NCBI RefSeq assembly: GCF_006345805.1
Contig: NW_021831992.1
Coordinates: forward strand, 1 to 64,000
DNA: 64,000 nt
Direction of reading: 5' to 3'
Origin: Octopus sinensis
Lineage: Eukaryota
The notes under the pieces: generated by a model
The model's input: only the letters and a program-made list of their open reading frames with translations
Databases searched by the model: none
Told to the model about the DNA's origin: nothing
Program-made: the position numbers and the translations under genes
In this document: one piece after another, positions 1-11,757 of the stretch
How positions within the stretch are numbered: position 1 is the stretch's first letter
Layout of the letters: every line of letters starts with the position of its first letter

Positions 1-28
1 ATAATTATAAAGTATACCTATAAAGTAG

Positions 29-315
<287 letters not shown>

Positions 316-424
316 GGTATATATAATACACAGTTCACATATTATAAGGTTTTATATTAAGCCAACTTGAAATCATATTGTCAAGAACATTGAAGCTGCT
401 AATAAAAGCAATTAATGGGAATAC

Positions 425-760
425 AATCTTATAGTTAGAGACTTCTGGAAAAAATTCAGCATCATAGATGCAATTGTGGTGAATAGTGGTCGGCAAATTA
501 TATCGCTGTTGTGCACTCACAACTTTAAGAGCTTTTCACCAGTTGAAGGTCTACATTAAGTGGGGCGAAATAATTTAATGCAAATAAATTATGAAGATTG
601 CAAAGAAGTCATAGAAGATAATGTGATTAAAGTTCTTGATTCCTTAAGAGAGTATTTGGCTAATGAGATGCTGATATTGTTCTATAAACAAGCGCTGCGG
701 AGTAAACCTTGTGTATATTTGATCCAAATATTTCACTTAAATTGGCGTCAAAATTGTTAG
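425..760 (+). mobile_element. Decayed pogo/Tigger-like DDE transposase fragment (C-terminal part)
   Basis: Frame from 425 reads NLIVRDFWKKFSIIDAIVV...HNFKSF...*...EDNVIKVLDSLREYLANEM. This resembles the Tigger/CENP-B-like C-terminal pattern 'EFWKxFxIxDAI...HDFxGF...VEELLxSHxEELTNEEL' (from recall). One in-frame stop. Confidence 0.55.
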
Positions 761-1177
761 TAAATAAAATTAGAGAAGAAGACTTGCAAGTGTTTATCCG
801 TGAGGAACCCAATCTTGAAACTTACAAAAATTATATATAAAAGGATTTCGTAATAAGACTTGTCTGAAATACGCAAAAACAGAAGTAATGAAGTGCCGCA
901 AACATCGGGTTAATTTGTATAAGCTCATTAACTTGGCAGAAAGTATTGGATGATGATGATGATGACGATTTATAGTAGAGAGAATAGTGTCCGCATTCCA
1001 CCTCCGAGCATCTCCAAATTGTAATCGTTACCCAACGCAAAACACACAGTACCATTTTCGTTTATTACATTCCGGACTACGACCTTAATTTATTCGTATA
1101 CATTCCTTAATGGAGACGAAAACTGAAAGTTTGTTGTATATATATGTATATGTATATGTATATCTATTATCTATCTA

Positions 1178-1209
<32 letters not shown>

Positions 1210-1302
1210 AATATATATATAATATGTACTATATATATATATAAATATATATATATTATATATATATAGGTATATATTATATATATGATATATATATATA
1301 TG

Positions 1303-1349
<47 letters not shown>

Positions 1350-1759
1350 ATTAATAAAAACACCATACATACTATTATAAGCTACTTTGAGTTTATGCGA
1401 TTTTAAAACTACTCAGACAGCATTTTTTTAACACGTCTGCTGCCTTCACGCAATCTTCAGGCTCTAGGCACCAGACTTGTAAAAAGAATGTTGTTTTCTT
1501 CACATGAAACTAATAGTAGTTCTTAAAAATATATATTAAATATATTGTGTTATTAAGTAATATTTACCTCTCACCACCATCACGGAACAATAAACTGTAT
1601 GTGTGCTGTGTGTACGTACACACACACATATATATTTCAGGATATATATATAGTATTATATGTGTGTGTATATGTGTGTGTGGTTTGTGTGTTGTGTGGG
1701 GTGTGTGTGTGTGTGTGTGTGTGTGTGGTGTTGTATATACACGCATATAGAATATGTTC

Positions 1760-1976
1760 CTCTTTTTATTCTTTTACTTGTATCAGACATTTGACTGGTG
1801 CCATGCTGGAGCACCGCCTGTAGTCGAACAAATCCACCCCCAGACTTATACTTTGTAAGCTTAGTACTAATTGCATCGGTCTCTTTTGCCAAATTGCTAA
1901 GTTACGGGGACGTAAACACACTAACATCAGTTGTCAAGCGATGGTGGCGGTACAAACACAGACATACAAATATATA

Positions 1977-2014
<38 letters not shown>

Positions 2015-2208
2015 TATATATAATATATATATATATGATATATATATACGATGGGATTCTTTCAGTTTCCATCTACCAAATACAGGCACTAGGCTTTGGT
2101 CGGCCCGAGGCTATAGGAGGAGATACTTGCGCGAAGTAGTGTCACGCTGTGGGAATGAACTGGGAATCATGTGGTTGGTTAGCAAACTACTTAACACACA
2201 GCCACTCC

Positions 2209-2209
<1 letters not shown>
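1760..2209 (-). mobile_element. tRNA-derived SINE family B (CORE-like, internal TA/CA microsatellite)
   Basis: Reverse complement of the consensus seen at 41004 and 49511: GGAGTGGCTGTGTG head, GAAACTGAAAGAA, internal (TA)n, GCTCCAGCATGGC and AAACAAGTAAAAGAG tail. Confidence 0.9.
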
Positions 2210-2285
<76 letters not shown>

Positions 2286-3170
2286 GATAGAGAGATAGAT
2301 TTATATATATATATATATTATAGGTAAAATCGAAAACCATCGGCGAATTCAAAAACAAAAACAACAAAGTTTGAAGGGACTTCAGATGTGACGTTTCAAG
2401 CATAGCTGTTCTTCAAATAGTGGAAAAAGTCCAAAGAAACGGGTCAAAGAAAAAAGGCACGAAGAGGCGATAGGAGATAGAGACAGGTTGACAGCGCTAA
2501 AGTCCATGGTCGAAAAATAACTTCACGGAAGGCGTAGAGAGGAAAGCAAAATGTGGTTTTTCAAAGACAGAAGCGTGAATAATTGGTGTGTGTGTGTGTG
2601 GTATGTGTCTGTGTGTGAGTGTGTGTGTAATTTAGCCAATGGTGCTGGAATAAAAGAACTGGAGTTTTCAAAAGATTTTACCGAAACTTCCTAATTCTTA
2701 TGAAATCTGCAACGGATGAAAGAAGACTGGCTAAAGACCAGTTTGGGGTTTTCTTTCTGGCTTCACATTGCAGTGAAACCATAGACACACATATATACAA
2801 ACATACATACAGACAGACAGACAGATAGACACACAGGCAGGCAGGCAGACTGACACATGGATAAAGAAACACAAAAAAGACCCACACAATCTGCACTGTT
2901 TCTTTAAATATGCTGTTTAATTTTTATATCTTCTTGCATAAAAGAGGATATATTTTTGTTATTTATTTTGTCGAAAATTCCCTCAAGCGTATCTCAGTTT
3001 GGAATGCAAAGATCAATGAGAAAATATGATTCGCGTTACGGTAAGATTTTCAAGAATGATGACCTCTGTGACCCGAGTGGGGTTACTGCATCCGCGCGCG
3101 TTTGCCTTTGTGTTCATCAGCACGTGTGCATGTAATCATGTTTCTGTGTCTATGTCTATATATGTATGTA

Positions 3171-3248
<78 letters not shown>

Positions 3249-3254
3249 CGCCAT

Positions 3255-3445
3255 GATAGATCGCCAGCCACTACACATTCTTTATTTTCTCTCCTTATTT
3301 CTTTCTGTGTTCCTTTCTGTGGAAGGGCGTAGGCTCGAAACGTTAAAGACTTCTTCACTTCCCATTATACTAATACATCTGTCTGTTGTCTACACCAACT
3401 GTCTTCGTCTTTTGCTGTTTTTTTTTTCTTTTGTGAATTCCCCCT
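3255..3445 (+). mobile_element. Short hammerhead-bearing element (Penelope-like terminal remnant)
   Basis: Homologous to 7560-7755 (-) and 25255-25435 (+); flanked by microsatellites; carries the hammerhead motif at 3313-3348. Confidence 0.6.
3313..3348 (+). ncRNA. Minimal type I hammerhead ribozyme-like motif, variant core CUGUGGA
   Basis: CTTT-CTGTGGA-A-GGGC-gtag-GCTC-GAAA-CG-T-T-AAAG: helix I CTTT/AAAG, helix II GGGC/GCTC (one G-U), palindromic ACGU helix III. Confidence 0.6.
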
Positions 3446-3479
3446 ATATTCATATGTGTGTGTATCAATGTACATATAA

Positions 3480-3526
<47 letters not shown>

Positions 3527-3969
3527 AGTGTGTGTAGAGAGAGAGAGAGAGACATATACATATATATACAAATGCATACATTGTATATATGTATAAACAT
3601 ATAACACATGTAGACATATATATATATATATATATATACACATGCATATACATATATATATGTGTGTATATATATGTATATATATATATGTATACATATA
3701 TATATATATATATATTCTATCAACCCCCCCCCCTCAGTTTTCGATGCATCACGTGATATCTGACGTGAATTCCTTCCTACCTGAAGAAGGTGCGTTAAGA
3801 GTCATTTGTTGATGTAAAAATGAAGTAGATACATAGACAGAGAGGAGGGGAGAGGGAGAGAAACAGAGAGACCATCACTCTACATGTATGTTATTTGAGT
3901 GGTAAAGTCGGCGTAGAAGAAGATGGGGAGGAGAAGGTGAAAAGGAAGGTGGTGAAGGAATGTTAGGTA

Positions 3970-5519
3970 ACGGCAACGGTGATGATGATTAAGGTAATGT
4001 AATGATGGTGGTGGCGGCTGCGGCGACGGCGGTGATTGAGGTGGTGGTGGTCGTCGTCGTCGTCGTGATTGGATGCTAGTGAGAGGGGTGAGGGTGGCAA
4101 CTCAGTGATGGTGGCGGTCGTGGTGGCGCCAGGCAAACGAACTAGCTATGAGGCGGAGTAGTATATTGCGTGTGTTTAATGTACGTCTGCGAGTGTATGC
4201 GTGTGTGTGCGTCTATGTGTGTGTGTGTGTGTGTGTGTGAGATGTGTGAGAGAAAGGGAAAGCGAATAAAGGAGAGTGGGGAGGAGATTTAGGCGGACGG
4301 GAGAAGGGTGAGGTGGGAGGAGGGGGGCTAAATCTTTTCATGATTTGGGAGGAGAATCTTTACGTAGGCGAGAGAGAATATAAGGGTGGGGATGGGGGTC
4401 TGGGAAGGGGGAAAGTGGTGGTGCTGGTGGTGGTGGCACTGACGGTAGGGGTGGTGGTGGTGGCGGTGGACTTGTTGGTGGGAGTTGTTATGTTAGCGGT
4501 AGTGGTGGTTGTATGAAGCTGTGATGATAGTGGTGGTGGTGATTGTGCTGTTGGTTGTGGTGGTGGGTGGTGATTGTGCTGTTGGTTGTGTGGTGGTTGG
4601 TGGTGGTGATGTGTGTTGGTGGTTGTGTGGTGGTGGTGATTGTGCTGTTGGTTGTGGTGGTGGTGGTGGTGATTGTGCTGTTGGTTGTGGTGGTGGTGGT
4701 GGTGATTGTGCTGTTGGTTGTGGTGGTGGTGGTGGTGGTTGTGCTGTTGGTTGTGGTGGTGGTGGTGGTGATTGTGCTGTTGGTTGTGGTGGTGGTGGTG
4801 GTGATTGTGCTGTTGGTTGTGGTGGTGGTGGTGGTGATTGTGCTGTTGGTTGTGGTGGTGGTGGTGGTGATTGTGCTGTTGGTTGTGGTGGTGGTGGTGG
4901 TGATTGTGCTGTTGGTTGTGGTGGTGGTGGTGATGATTATGATGGTGGAGGTGGTAGTAGTAGTAGTGGTTTTGACTGTTGTAAAAGATCGTTGGTGGTG
5001 ATCGTTTTTGTAGTATTGGTGGTGGTACTGGTAGTCTCAGTTATGGTGGGCGTGGTAGGTATCACATATTAAAAAGATAAAGTAATAGCCATGATGGTGT
5101 TGGCGGAGGTGGTAGTGGCGGTGGTAGTACTACTTTAGCTGCTACTGCTGCTGCCACTTCTGCTGCCGCTGCCGCTGCTGTTGTTGATGATGATGATGAT
5201 GAGGATTATTCTGTAGTGGCGAATATAGCGACAGTGGTGGTAGTAGAAGCGGTATTGGTGGTGGTACTGGTGGTGGTGTCAGAGTTCGGGGTGGTTTCGG
5301 CGATCGTAGTGGTGGTTGCGAGATTGTTATAGTATTAGCGGGGGAGTATTAGTGGTATTTGTGTTGTTACTGACAGCAACAGCAGCAGCAGCAGGAGCAG
5401 CAGTAGTAGTAGTAGTAATATTTGATGTGTTGGTTGTAGTTGTAGTAGTTGTTGTAACGGTTGTTGTTTTAGTTACTGCTGTTGTCGTCGTATTGAGATG
5501 GCGGTGTTGTTGTTGTTGC

Positions 5520-5550
<31 letters not shown>

Positions 5551-5700
5551 GCTGGTGGTGGTGGTGGTGGTGATGTTGATGGTGGTGGAGAGGTGTCGGT
5601 GGTGGTGGTACTGCTGTTAGTAGGGATGCTGTTGTTGTTATTGCTATTGTTAGTGCTGGTGGTGGTGGTGGTGGTGGCGGCGGTCCTGTATGTGGTGTAA
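3970..5700. repeat. GGT/GTT/GTA low-complexity region including a 33-bp minisatellite (about 4630-4935)
   Basis: Unit GATTGTGCTGTTGGTTGT(GGT)4-5 repeated roughly nine times, surrounded by GGT, GTT, GTA and GCT trinucleotide runs. Confidence 0.93.
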
Positions 5701-5749
5701 GGGGAAGTCATAAATAGATGAATGAAGCAACGTGGGGAAACGTGTGAAT

Positions 5750-6120
5750 GGAACCACAAAACAAAAGAAAAAAAGTATACGTAAGACTGAAAAAGAAAAT
5801 AATGAATGAGATGAGATGAGAGGAGTTGAGAGATGTGAGTAGCGAGGAGGAGGAGAGGATATTAGAGAGAAGGAGGAGAGGAGATGAGAGAGGAGGAGGA
5901 GGAGGTGGAGATGCACTGTGAAAGGAAGAGATTTTAGAGGTAGCAGAGATAAAATGAGAGAGGAAGAGATAAAATGACAAAGAAGGGAAGATGAGAGGGG
6001 AAGAAAAGGAGATTAAAGATAAAAAGAGAAGTTCAGAGATTAGTTGAAGATATGAAAGAGGGGGGATGAAGATGAGATGAGAGAGGAGCAAAGGAGAGCG
6101 GAGGAGAGGCAAGAAGAAAT
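5750..6120. repeat. Purine-rich (GA/GAG/GAA) low-complexity tract
   Basis: Almost exclusively A and G on the + strand. Confidence 0.9.
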
Positions 6121-6666
6121 AACAGACGTGGTTAGTTCAGATGAATAAATGATGTAACAGAGAGGTTTGTTTGTTAGTTTTAGTCGGGGGGTTAAAGACA
6201 CTTTTGCTGCCCTTTCCCATTTTCGCATATTATTTAACAGGTATGATGATAGGCTAGAGAACAATATTCGTGTGGCCCTTCTCACCTGCGGGCGGCGGGA
6301 AGAGGGAATGACTTCCAAACACCCACCCAGTCAGCCACTTGTGCGTCCCCACCCAGACAGCCTAGCCGGCCATTCGTCTGTCCACATCCACCCAAATCAG
6401 TCATCTGTCCGACAACACCCGCCCACCCAGCCACTTGTCCCTTCACACCTACGCTTCGGCAAATGAAATAGAGAAATTAGATAAGACTTCATATTGATGA
6501 TGATGATGACGATGATGATGGTGATGATGACGACGACGACCGCAATGATGATGGTGAAAGGGAGGAGTGAGGTGGAGGAGGAGATTGGATGCCGGAGCAC
6601 CCAATACAAGAAAAGATGAAACTGAAAAGAAATATGGTTAGTTCTTGTTTCAGCTGTAGTTGTAAT

Positions 6667-6730
6667 GAAGGCGCGTGGCTTAGTGGTTAGGGTAATCGGC
6701 TTACGATCGTAAGGTGATGAGTTCGATTCA
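6667..6730 (+). mobile_element. Truncated tRNA-derived SINE head, family C
   Basis: GAAGGCGCGTGGCTTAGTGGTTAGGG...GAGTTCGATTC with A-box and B-box-like motifs; truncated after the B box. Confidence 0.75.
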
Positions 6731-6765
6731 AAAACATTCAAAAAAATGCAAAATAAATCTTTACA

Positions 6766-7155
6766 GTTGTAAGTAGCTTGTTTACCAACCACATGGTTCC
6801 TGGTTCAGTCCCACTACATGGCACCTTGGGCAAGTGTCTTCTACTATAGCCTCGGGTCGACCAAAGCCTTGTGAGTGGATTTGGGAGACAGAAACTGAAA
6901 GAAGCTCGTCGTATATATGTGTATATATATATATATGTATGTGTGTGTATGTGTTTGTGTGTCTGTATTTGTCCCCCCAACATCGCTTGACAACCAATGC
7001 TGATGTGTTTACGTCCCCGTAACATAGCGGTTCGGAAAAGGAGACCGATAGAACAAGTACTAGGCTTACGAAGAATAAGTCCTGGAGTCGATTTGCTCGA
7101 CTAAAGGTGGTGCTTCAGCATGGCCACAGTCAAATGACTGAAACAAGTAGAAGAG
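6766..7155 (+). mobile_element. SINE family B
   Basis: GGTTCAGTCCC B-box, GGCACCTTGGGCAAGTG CORE-like segment, internal (TA)(TG) microsatellite, CAGCATGGCC..GAAACAAGTA tail. Confidence 0.92.
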
Positions 7156-7316
7156 AGAAGAGAGAGAGAGAGATACATGTTAAACATATTCTGAATACCA
7201 CTCCCCCACCCCACCCGAGAGCGACAAACATTTTGCTACCAAATAATAAATATTTCAGTGAAGTTTAGAATATTTGTATTTCAATGGTCAACTTTTGTCT
7301 TCGACGCTACCATGCA

Positions 7317-7541
7317 ACTGTTTCAGTTTCCACACCCGGTCTCTCAAAACAGATCATACGCCTGGCAAGTATACCACTAAACCCGTACACACACGTATAC
7401 ACATACACAAATGTTTTATGTGTGTATGTGTGTGTGCACGTGCTTGCCTGTGTATGTGTGTACGTGTGTGTACGGGTTTAGTGGTATACTTGCCAGGCGT
7501 ATGATCTGTTTTGAGAGACCGGGTGTGGAAACTGAAACAGT
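7317..7541. repeat. Foldback/MITE-like element with perfect 81-bp inverted arms
   Basis: 7317-7397 is the exact reverse complement of 7461-7541 (checked base by base). The arms extend about 12 bp inward with one mismatch around a ~40-bp TG-rich spacer. Confidence 0.9.
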
Positions 7542-7655
7542 ATATATATATATATATAAAGGGAAAGTTTACGAAAATAAACAAAAGACGAAGGCAGGTG
7601 GTGTACAAACGAACAGATGTATTAGTATAGCGCTCAGGAATAGAAATAGAAAAAG

Positions 7656-7693
7656 TCTTTTACGTTTCGAGCCTACGCTCTTCGACAGAAAGA
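7656..7693 (-). ncRNA. Minimal type I hammerhead ribozyme-like motif, variant core CUGUCGA (best copy of the family)
   Basis: Minus strand TCTTT-CTGTCGA-A-GAGC-gtag-GCTC-GAAA-CG-T-A-AAAGA: perfect 5-bp helix I, perfect 4-bp helix II, ACGU palindromic helix III, GUA cleavage triplet. Host element spans about 7560-7755. Confidence 0.7.
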
Positions 7694-7767
7694 TACACAG
7701 AAAAAAAAGGAGAGAAACAAGGAGAGAAAAAAAATGCGTGTAGTAGCTAACGATCTATATATATTGA

Positions 7768-7987
7768 CCTAATGGTTAGGGTGTCAGCATCATGATCGTA
7801 AGATTGTGGTTTCGATTCCTGGACCGGCGACGCGTTGTGTTCTTGAACAAAACACTTCATTTCACTTTGCTCCAGTCCACTCAGCCGGCAAAAATGAGTA
7901 ACGCTGCGATGGACTGGCGTCCCGTCCAGCTCGGGGATACATACGCCATTGAAATCGGGAAACCGGGCCCATGAGCCTGGTTAGGCG
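7768..7987 (+). mobile_element. tRNA-derived SINE family C
   Basis: ..TAATGGTTAGGGTGTCAGCATCATGATCGTAAG..GGTTTCGATTCCTGG head, then TTGTGTTCTTGAACAAAACACTTCATTTCAC body shared with copies at 23255, 53625 and 58885. Confidence 0.85.
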
Positions 7988-8007
7988 CATTTATTTATTT
8001 TAATAAA

Positions 8008-8060
<53 letters not shown>

Positions 8061-8084
8061 ATACGTGTATGCCTATATCTATGG

Positions 8085-8300
8085 ATTGTGTGCCCAAACA
8101 TATGATCCGGGTGTTCAGTCCCGGTGTGTGGCACCTTCCGCAAGTGTCTTCTGCCACAGCCGCGAGTCGACCAAAGCCGTATATATATAAATATATATTT
8201 GTGTGTGTGTGCGTGCGTGCGTCTCTGTTTTTGTCCCTCCACCACCGCTTGACGGCCGGTGTGGATGTGTTTACGATTCCGAAACTTAGCAACTCGGCAG
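8085..8300 (+). mobile_element. Diverged partial SINE family B
   Basis: GTTCAGTCCC..GGCACCTT..CAAGTGTCTTCT..CGACCAAAGCC, internal microsatellite, GTGTTTACG. Confidence 0.75.
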
Positions 8301-8700
8301 AAACGTTAGCACGCCGGGGGAAATGCGTAGCAGTATTTCGTCTGCGTTACGTTCTGAGGTCAAATTTCGCCTAGGTCGACTTCGCCTTTCATCCTTTCGG
8401 GGTCGATTAAATAAGTACCAGTTACGCACTGGGGTCGATAGAAATGACTTAATCCCTTTGTCAGTCCTTGTTTGTCCTCTCTGCGTCTAGCCCCTTGTGG
8501 GTAGTAAAGAAATAGGTATTTCGTTTGCCGCTACGTTCTGAGTTCAAATTCCGCCGAGGTCGACTTTGCCTTTCGTCCTTTCGGGGTCGATTAAATAAGT
8601 ACCAGTTACGCACTGGGGTCGATATAATCGACTTAATCCGTTTATCTGTCCTTGTTTGTCTTCTCTGTGTTAGCCCTTGTGGGTAGTAAAGAAATAGGAA
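8295..8700 (+). mobile_element. SINE family A, head-to-tail dimer (183-bp unit)
   Basis: GGCAGAAACGTTAGCACGCCGGG head, GTTCAAATTCCGCCGAGGTCGACTTTGCCTTTCATCCTTTCGGGGTCGAT body, AAAGAAATAGG tail. The second unit restarts at GTATTTCG (8333 and 8516). Confidence 0.92.
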
Positions 8701-8792
8701 TAAGAGCTCGAGAGATTTATTTGTCGCCCGGTCCAGGAATCGAAACCACAATCTTACGATCATGATGCTGATGCCATAACCACTAAGCCACA
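8700..8792 (-). mobile_element. Family C tRNA-like head fused to antisense family A array (composite)
   Basis: 8674-8786 is the exact reverse complement of 54585-54697 (113 bp), including the unique linker AAATAAATCTCTCGAGCTCTTA. Confidence 0.85.
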
Positions 8793-9059
8793 CACCTAAA
8801 AGTGGATATATAGACAGATATATGAATAGCTAGATAAGTGTAAATAGACAAATAAATGGTTATGGAGAGACAAATGTAGATAGACAAAGCGGTATTTCAA
8901 CGTATAGATACAGAAAAAAAGAAATATGATCAAAGGCGTTGCAGCTGTGATCATCCAATCTTTTTAGGGGACGACTTTATCCAGAAGTCTTTTAACAAGC
9001 TTAACTAGAGGAAGAAGAGAGTCCAAAGTCTCTCAGTCAAGCTCGAACATTTATCCGTA

Positions 9060-9443
9060 TCTCTCTCTATATAAACGGCAGTTTGTCTGTGCGTTTTCTG
9101 TGTGTCTGTTTTCTCGTACCCTCACTCTGACCACGGCTTTCAACCGATTCTGATGAAACTTGACACACACATAGCCCAATGTCATAATTCAGAACTAACG
9201 CAGCGAAAATTTTGAAAAGTTCCCCCAGTTCTGAAAAAAATCGATAAATTCGACATGGGGTCGAGAATCAGAAACCCAAACCACAGACCGTCTAGGGGAC
9301 GCAACTCCACCTTTTTTAACTCTCAAAAAAAATTTACTATCGTTTTTTTTCCATTTTTTTGCTATTTTTTGGCTATAACTCTCTAAAAATGCTTTATAGT
9401 TATTTCCCTTACAAACCTGAGCAACGCCGGGCGATACTGCTAG
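9060..9443 (+). mobile_element. Non-autonomous Helitron-like element
   Basis: Begins TC at 9060 after an A; ends ..CCTGAGCAACGCCGGGCGATACTG-CTAG at 9443 before a T. This gives an A|TC...CTAG|T insertion, a subterminal GC-rich hairpin and no TSD, the standard Helitron signature. Confidence 0.8.
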
Positions 9444-9937
9444 TTCAAATATAAAAGGCGACACTTTCATCAGCATATATTAGGATGACATAGGAATCGA
9501 TAGGTCATATTTAATGTAAATACATTGCATAATGCAAATTAACCGCCATATTCGTTTAAAGATGGCATCCGTCGTGGACGTACAGTGTTCAAAAACACAA
9601 ATATATCAGAAGCAGACGATAATGCTAGATACGCACCAAATGGTTTGCCTGTTTCGTTGGGCTTTCATTGACGCTGACAATATTCGTTCGCTACTGACAT
9701 GTTGGTATTTTTAAACAAAGTACGTCCATAGAAGATATTATCTCCGATCGAAAACCACTGTTAAATTGTTTCTTTGTAATGTATTTGCATTGAGTCTGAT
9801 ACACAGATGGCAATTTTAATCTAATGCCGCTTTTGTTGCATTTAACGAATTAGAATTGGAGTTTCTAGTATTTAACAATAAGCTTTGATTAAATAAAAAT
9901 AATACGAGTACTTTAGTTACATAAATGAATATGAGTG

Positions 9938-10220
9938 AAGGTGCGTGGCTTAGTGATTAGGGCGTTCGATTCCTGGGCTGAGTGGTATTTCGTATTAATT
10001 TAGCAAAACACTTCATTTCATGTTGCTCTCGTTCTCTCAGCTGTAAATGGATAAACCTGTAACGGAATAGCCTTCTGATCAGAGAGACTGTTGGTCTCTT
10101 CGCCTAGCCAGCGGGGTGGCGTCGTTCGAAAACTAAAAGGTAACGCAAAGCGCATTGTGATCAGCAATCTATAACGACGTCCGATAGTTTGGTCGACCGC
10201 GCGATATGGATATACATACT
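9938..10220 (+). mobile_element. tRNA-derived SINE family C variant
   Basis: GAAGGTGCGTGGCTTAGTG head, TTCGATTCC B-box, AAAACACTTCATTTCA body. Confidence 0.75.
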
Positions 10221-10249
10221 TTACCATCAGTTAATAATGATTTCAATTT

Positions 10250-10440
10250 TTGGCACAAGGCCGGCAATTACAGGGTAGGAAATAAGTTGATTAAATCGAC
10301 CCCAGCGTTTTAACGACCCCGAAAGGATGAAAGGCAAAGTCGACCTCGGCGACATTTGAACTCAGAACGTATGGATGGACGAAATAATGTTAAGCATTTC
10401 GCCCGGCGGGATAACGATTCTGCCAGCTTCCTCCCTATCA
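10250..10440 (-). mobile_element. SINE family A (minus)
   Basis: CCCCGAAAGGATGAAAGGCAAAGTCGACCTCGGCG..TTTGAACTCAGAACGT is the reverse complement of the family A body. Confidence 0.88.
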
Positions 10441-10936
10441 TCACTTAATATTATGGAATATTTTAAGACGGTAATCGGGCTCCTCTTTTTAATGGCACTC
10501 CTTGGGATTGTTTTCAACTAGTAATTTTTTTTATTATTATTTAGAAACCAATGATTCTGTCTTGTAATCTATTTTAATCACATCTTATTAAGCAGACGTT
10601 TAACAAAAAGCGTTCCATCCCTGATTACATCGCTGCGTGAGTGAGTGTAAATCAGAGATTCTAGTTTTTCTAGTACAATGCTTCTCAAAATTTTTAATAT
10701 CGACCCTTTTCTTTTCCGGATGCTTCTTCAACGCCCTCTTGGTAACTTCCATCACATCAGCATTTTAAATGCACTTAACATCAAACGTAAGTTGTTTAGT
10801 TCCGGTTACGATGTAAAACAGATGACAATATACGACAACTCCGCCCTACTATAAGCAAACACTAAATAAATATGGATGGTATATATCCGGTTGTATTTAT
10901 TTGCGTATTTATATTTCAGTATCCTTTCTTATTGTG

Positions 10937-11235
10937 GAGGCACATGGCCTAGTGGTTAGAGCAGCGGACTCGCGTTCGAGGGATAGGGAGTTCGATTCTC
11001 AGACCGGGCGATGTGTGTGTTTATGAGCGGAACACCTAATCTCCACGCGGATCCGGCAGAAGGTAATTGCGAACTTCTGTTGACACTTACGTGACAAATT
11101 TCTCTCACTCTTTCCTCCTGCATCTTGCAGCTCACCTGCGACGCACAGGCATCCCTTCCAGGTGGGGAACCTATACGCCAAGGAAACCAGGAAACCGGCC
11201 GTTATGAGCCAGGCGTGTTCGAGAAGGAACAAACA
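10937..11235 (+). mobile_element. tRNA-derived SINE family D
   Basis: GGAGGCACATGGCCTAGTGGTTAGAGCAGCGGACTCGCG..GAGTTCGATTCTC tRNA-like head; the same head starts again at 63958. Confidence 0.8.
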
Positions 11236-11319
11236 ATCCTTTCTTATTGTTGATGTTGTTACTGTTAAGGTTATTGTTATTCTTGTGGCAAATAAACAGT
11301 TTATTATACTATTGGTTTC

Positions 11320-11757
11320 AAATCATGACACAAAGACAGAAATTTTGAGGGTGGGGTTAGGCCGAGTACATCGACCCCAGTGCTCAACTGGTATTTATTT
11401 TATCAAACATTGAAAGGGATGAAGGGCAAAGTCGACCTTGGCAGAATTTGAACTCAGAATATGAAGATAGGTGAAACACCGCTAAGCATTTTAACCGGCG
11501 TGCTAACAATTTTGCCAGCTCGCCGCCTTAGTTTATAATAATAATTTCAGAATCTGATACAAGGCCAGCAAATTCGTGGGGTGGGGTTAGACCTATTACG
11601 TTGACCACAGTGCTCTACTGGCACTTATTTTATCGACCCCTAAAGGATGAAAGGCAAAGTCAACTTCGACGGAATTTGAACTCAGAATCGGAAGACCTAG
11701 GAAATGCTGCTAAGCAGTTTGTCCGGCGGGCTAACGACCCTGCCAGCTCGCCGCCTT
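11320..11757 (-). mobile_element. Two adjacent diverged SINE family A copies (minus)
   Basis: Two GGATGAA(A)GGCAAAGTC..GAATTTGAACTCAGAA..GCCAGCTCGCCGCC units. Confidence 0.88.

Noticed and set aside
2682-2706. 25-nt minus-strand micro-exon (DFIRIRKFR)
   Set aside because: Splice-like flanks alone are expected by chance in 64 kb, and no partner exons were identified.
6167-6466. 99-aa ORF after a possible acceptor at 6240
   Set aside because: The 3' half is internally repeated CCAC/GTCT low-complexity sequence with no recognisable domain; insufficient support.
10937-11010. tRNA genes at tRNA-like sequences (also 6667, 7768, 63958)
   Set aside because: A and B boxes are present, but there is no complete cloverleaf or acceptor stem and each continues into a SINE body. 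They are SINE heads.
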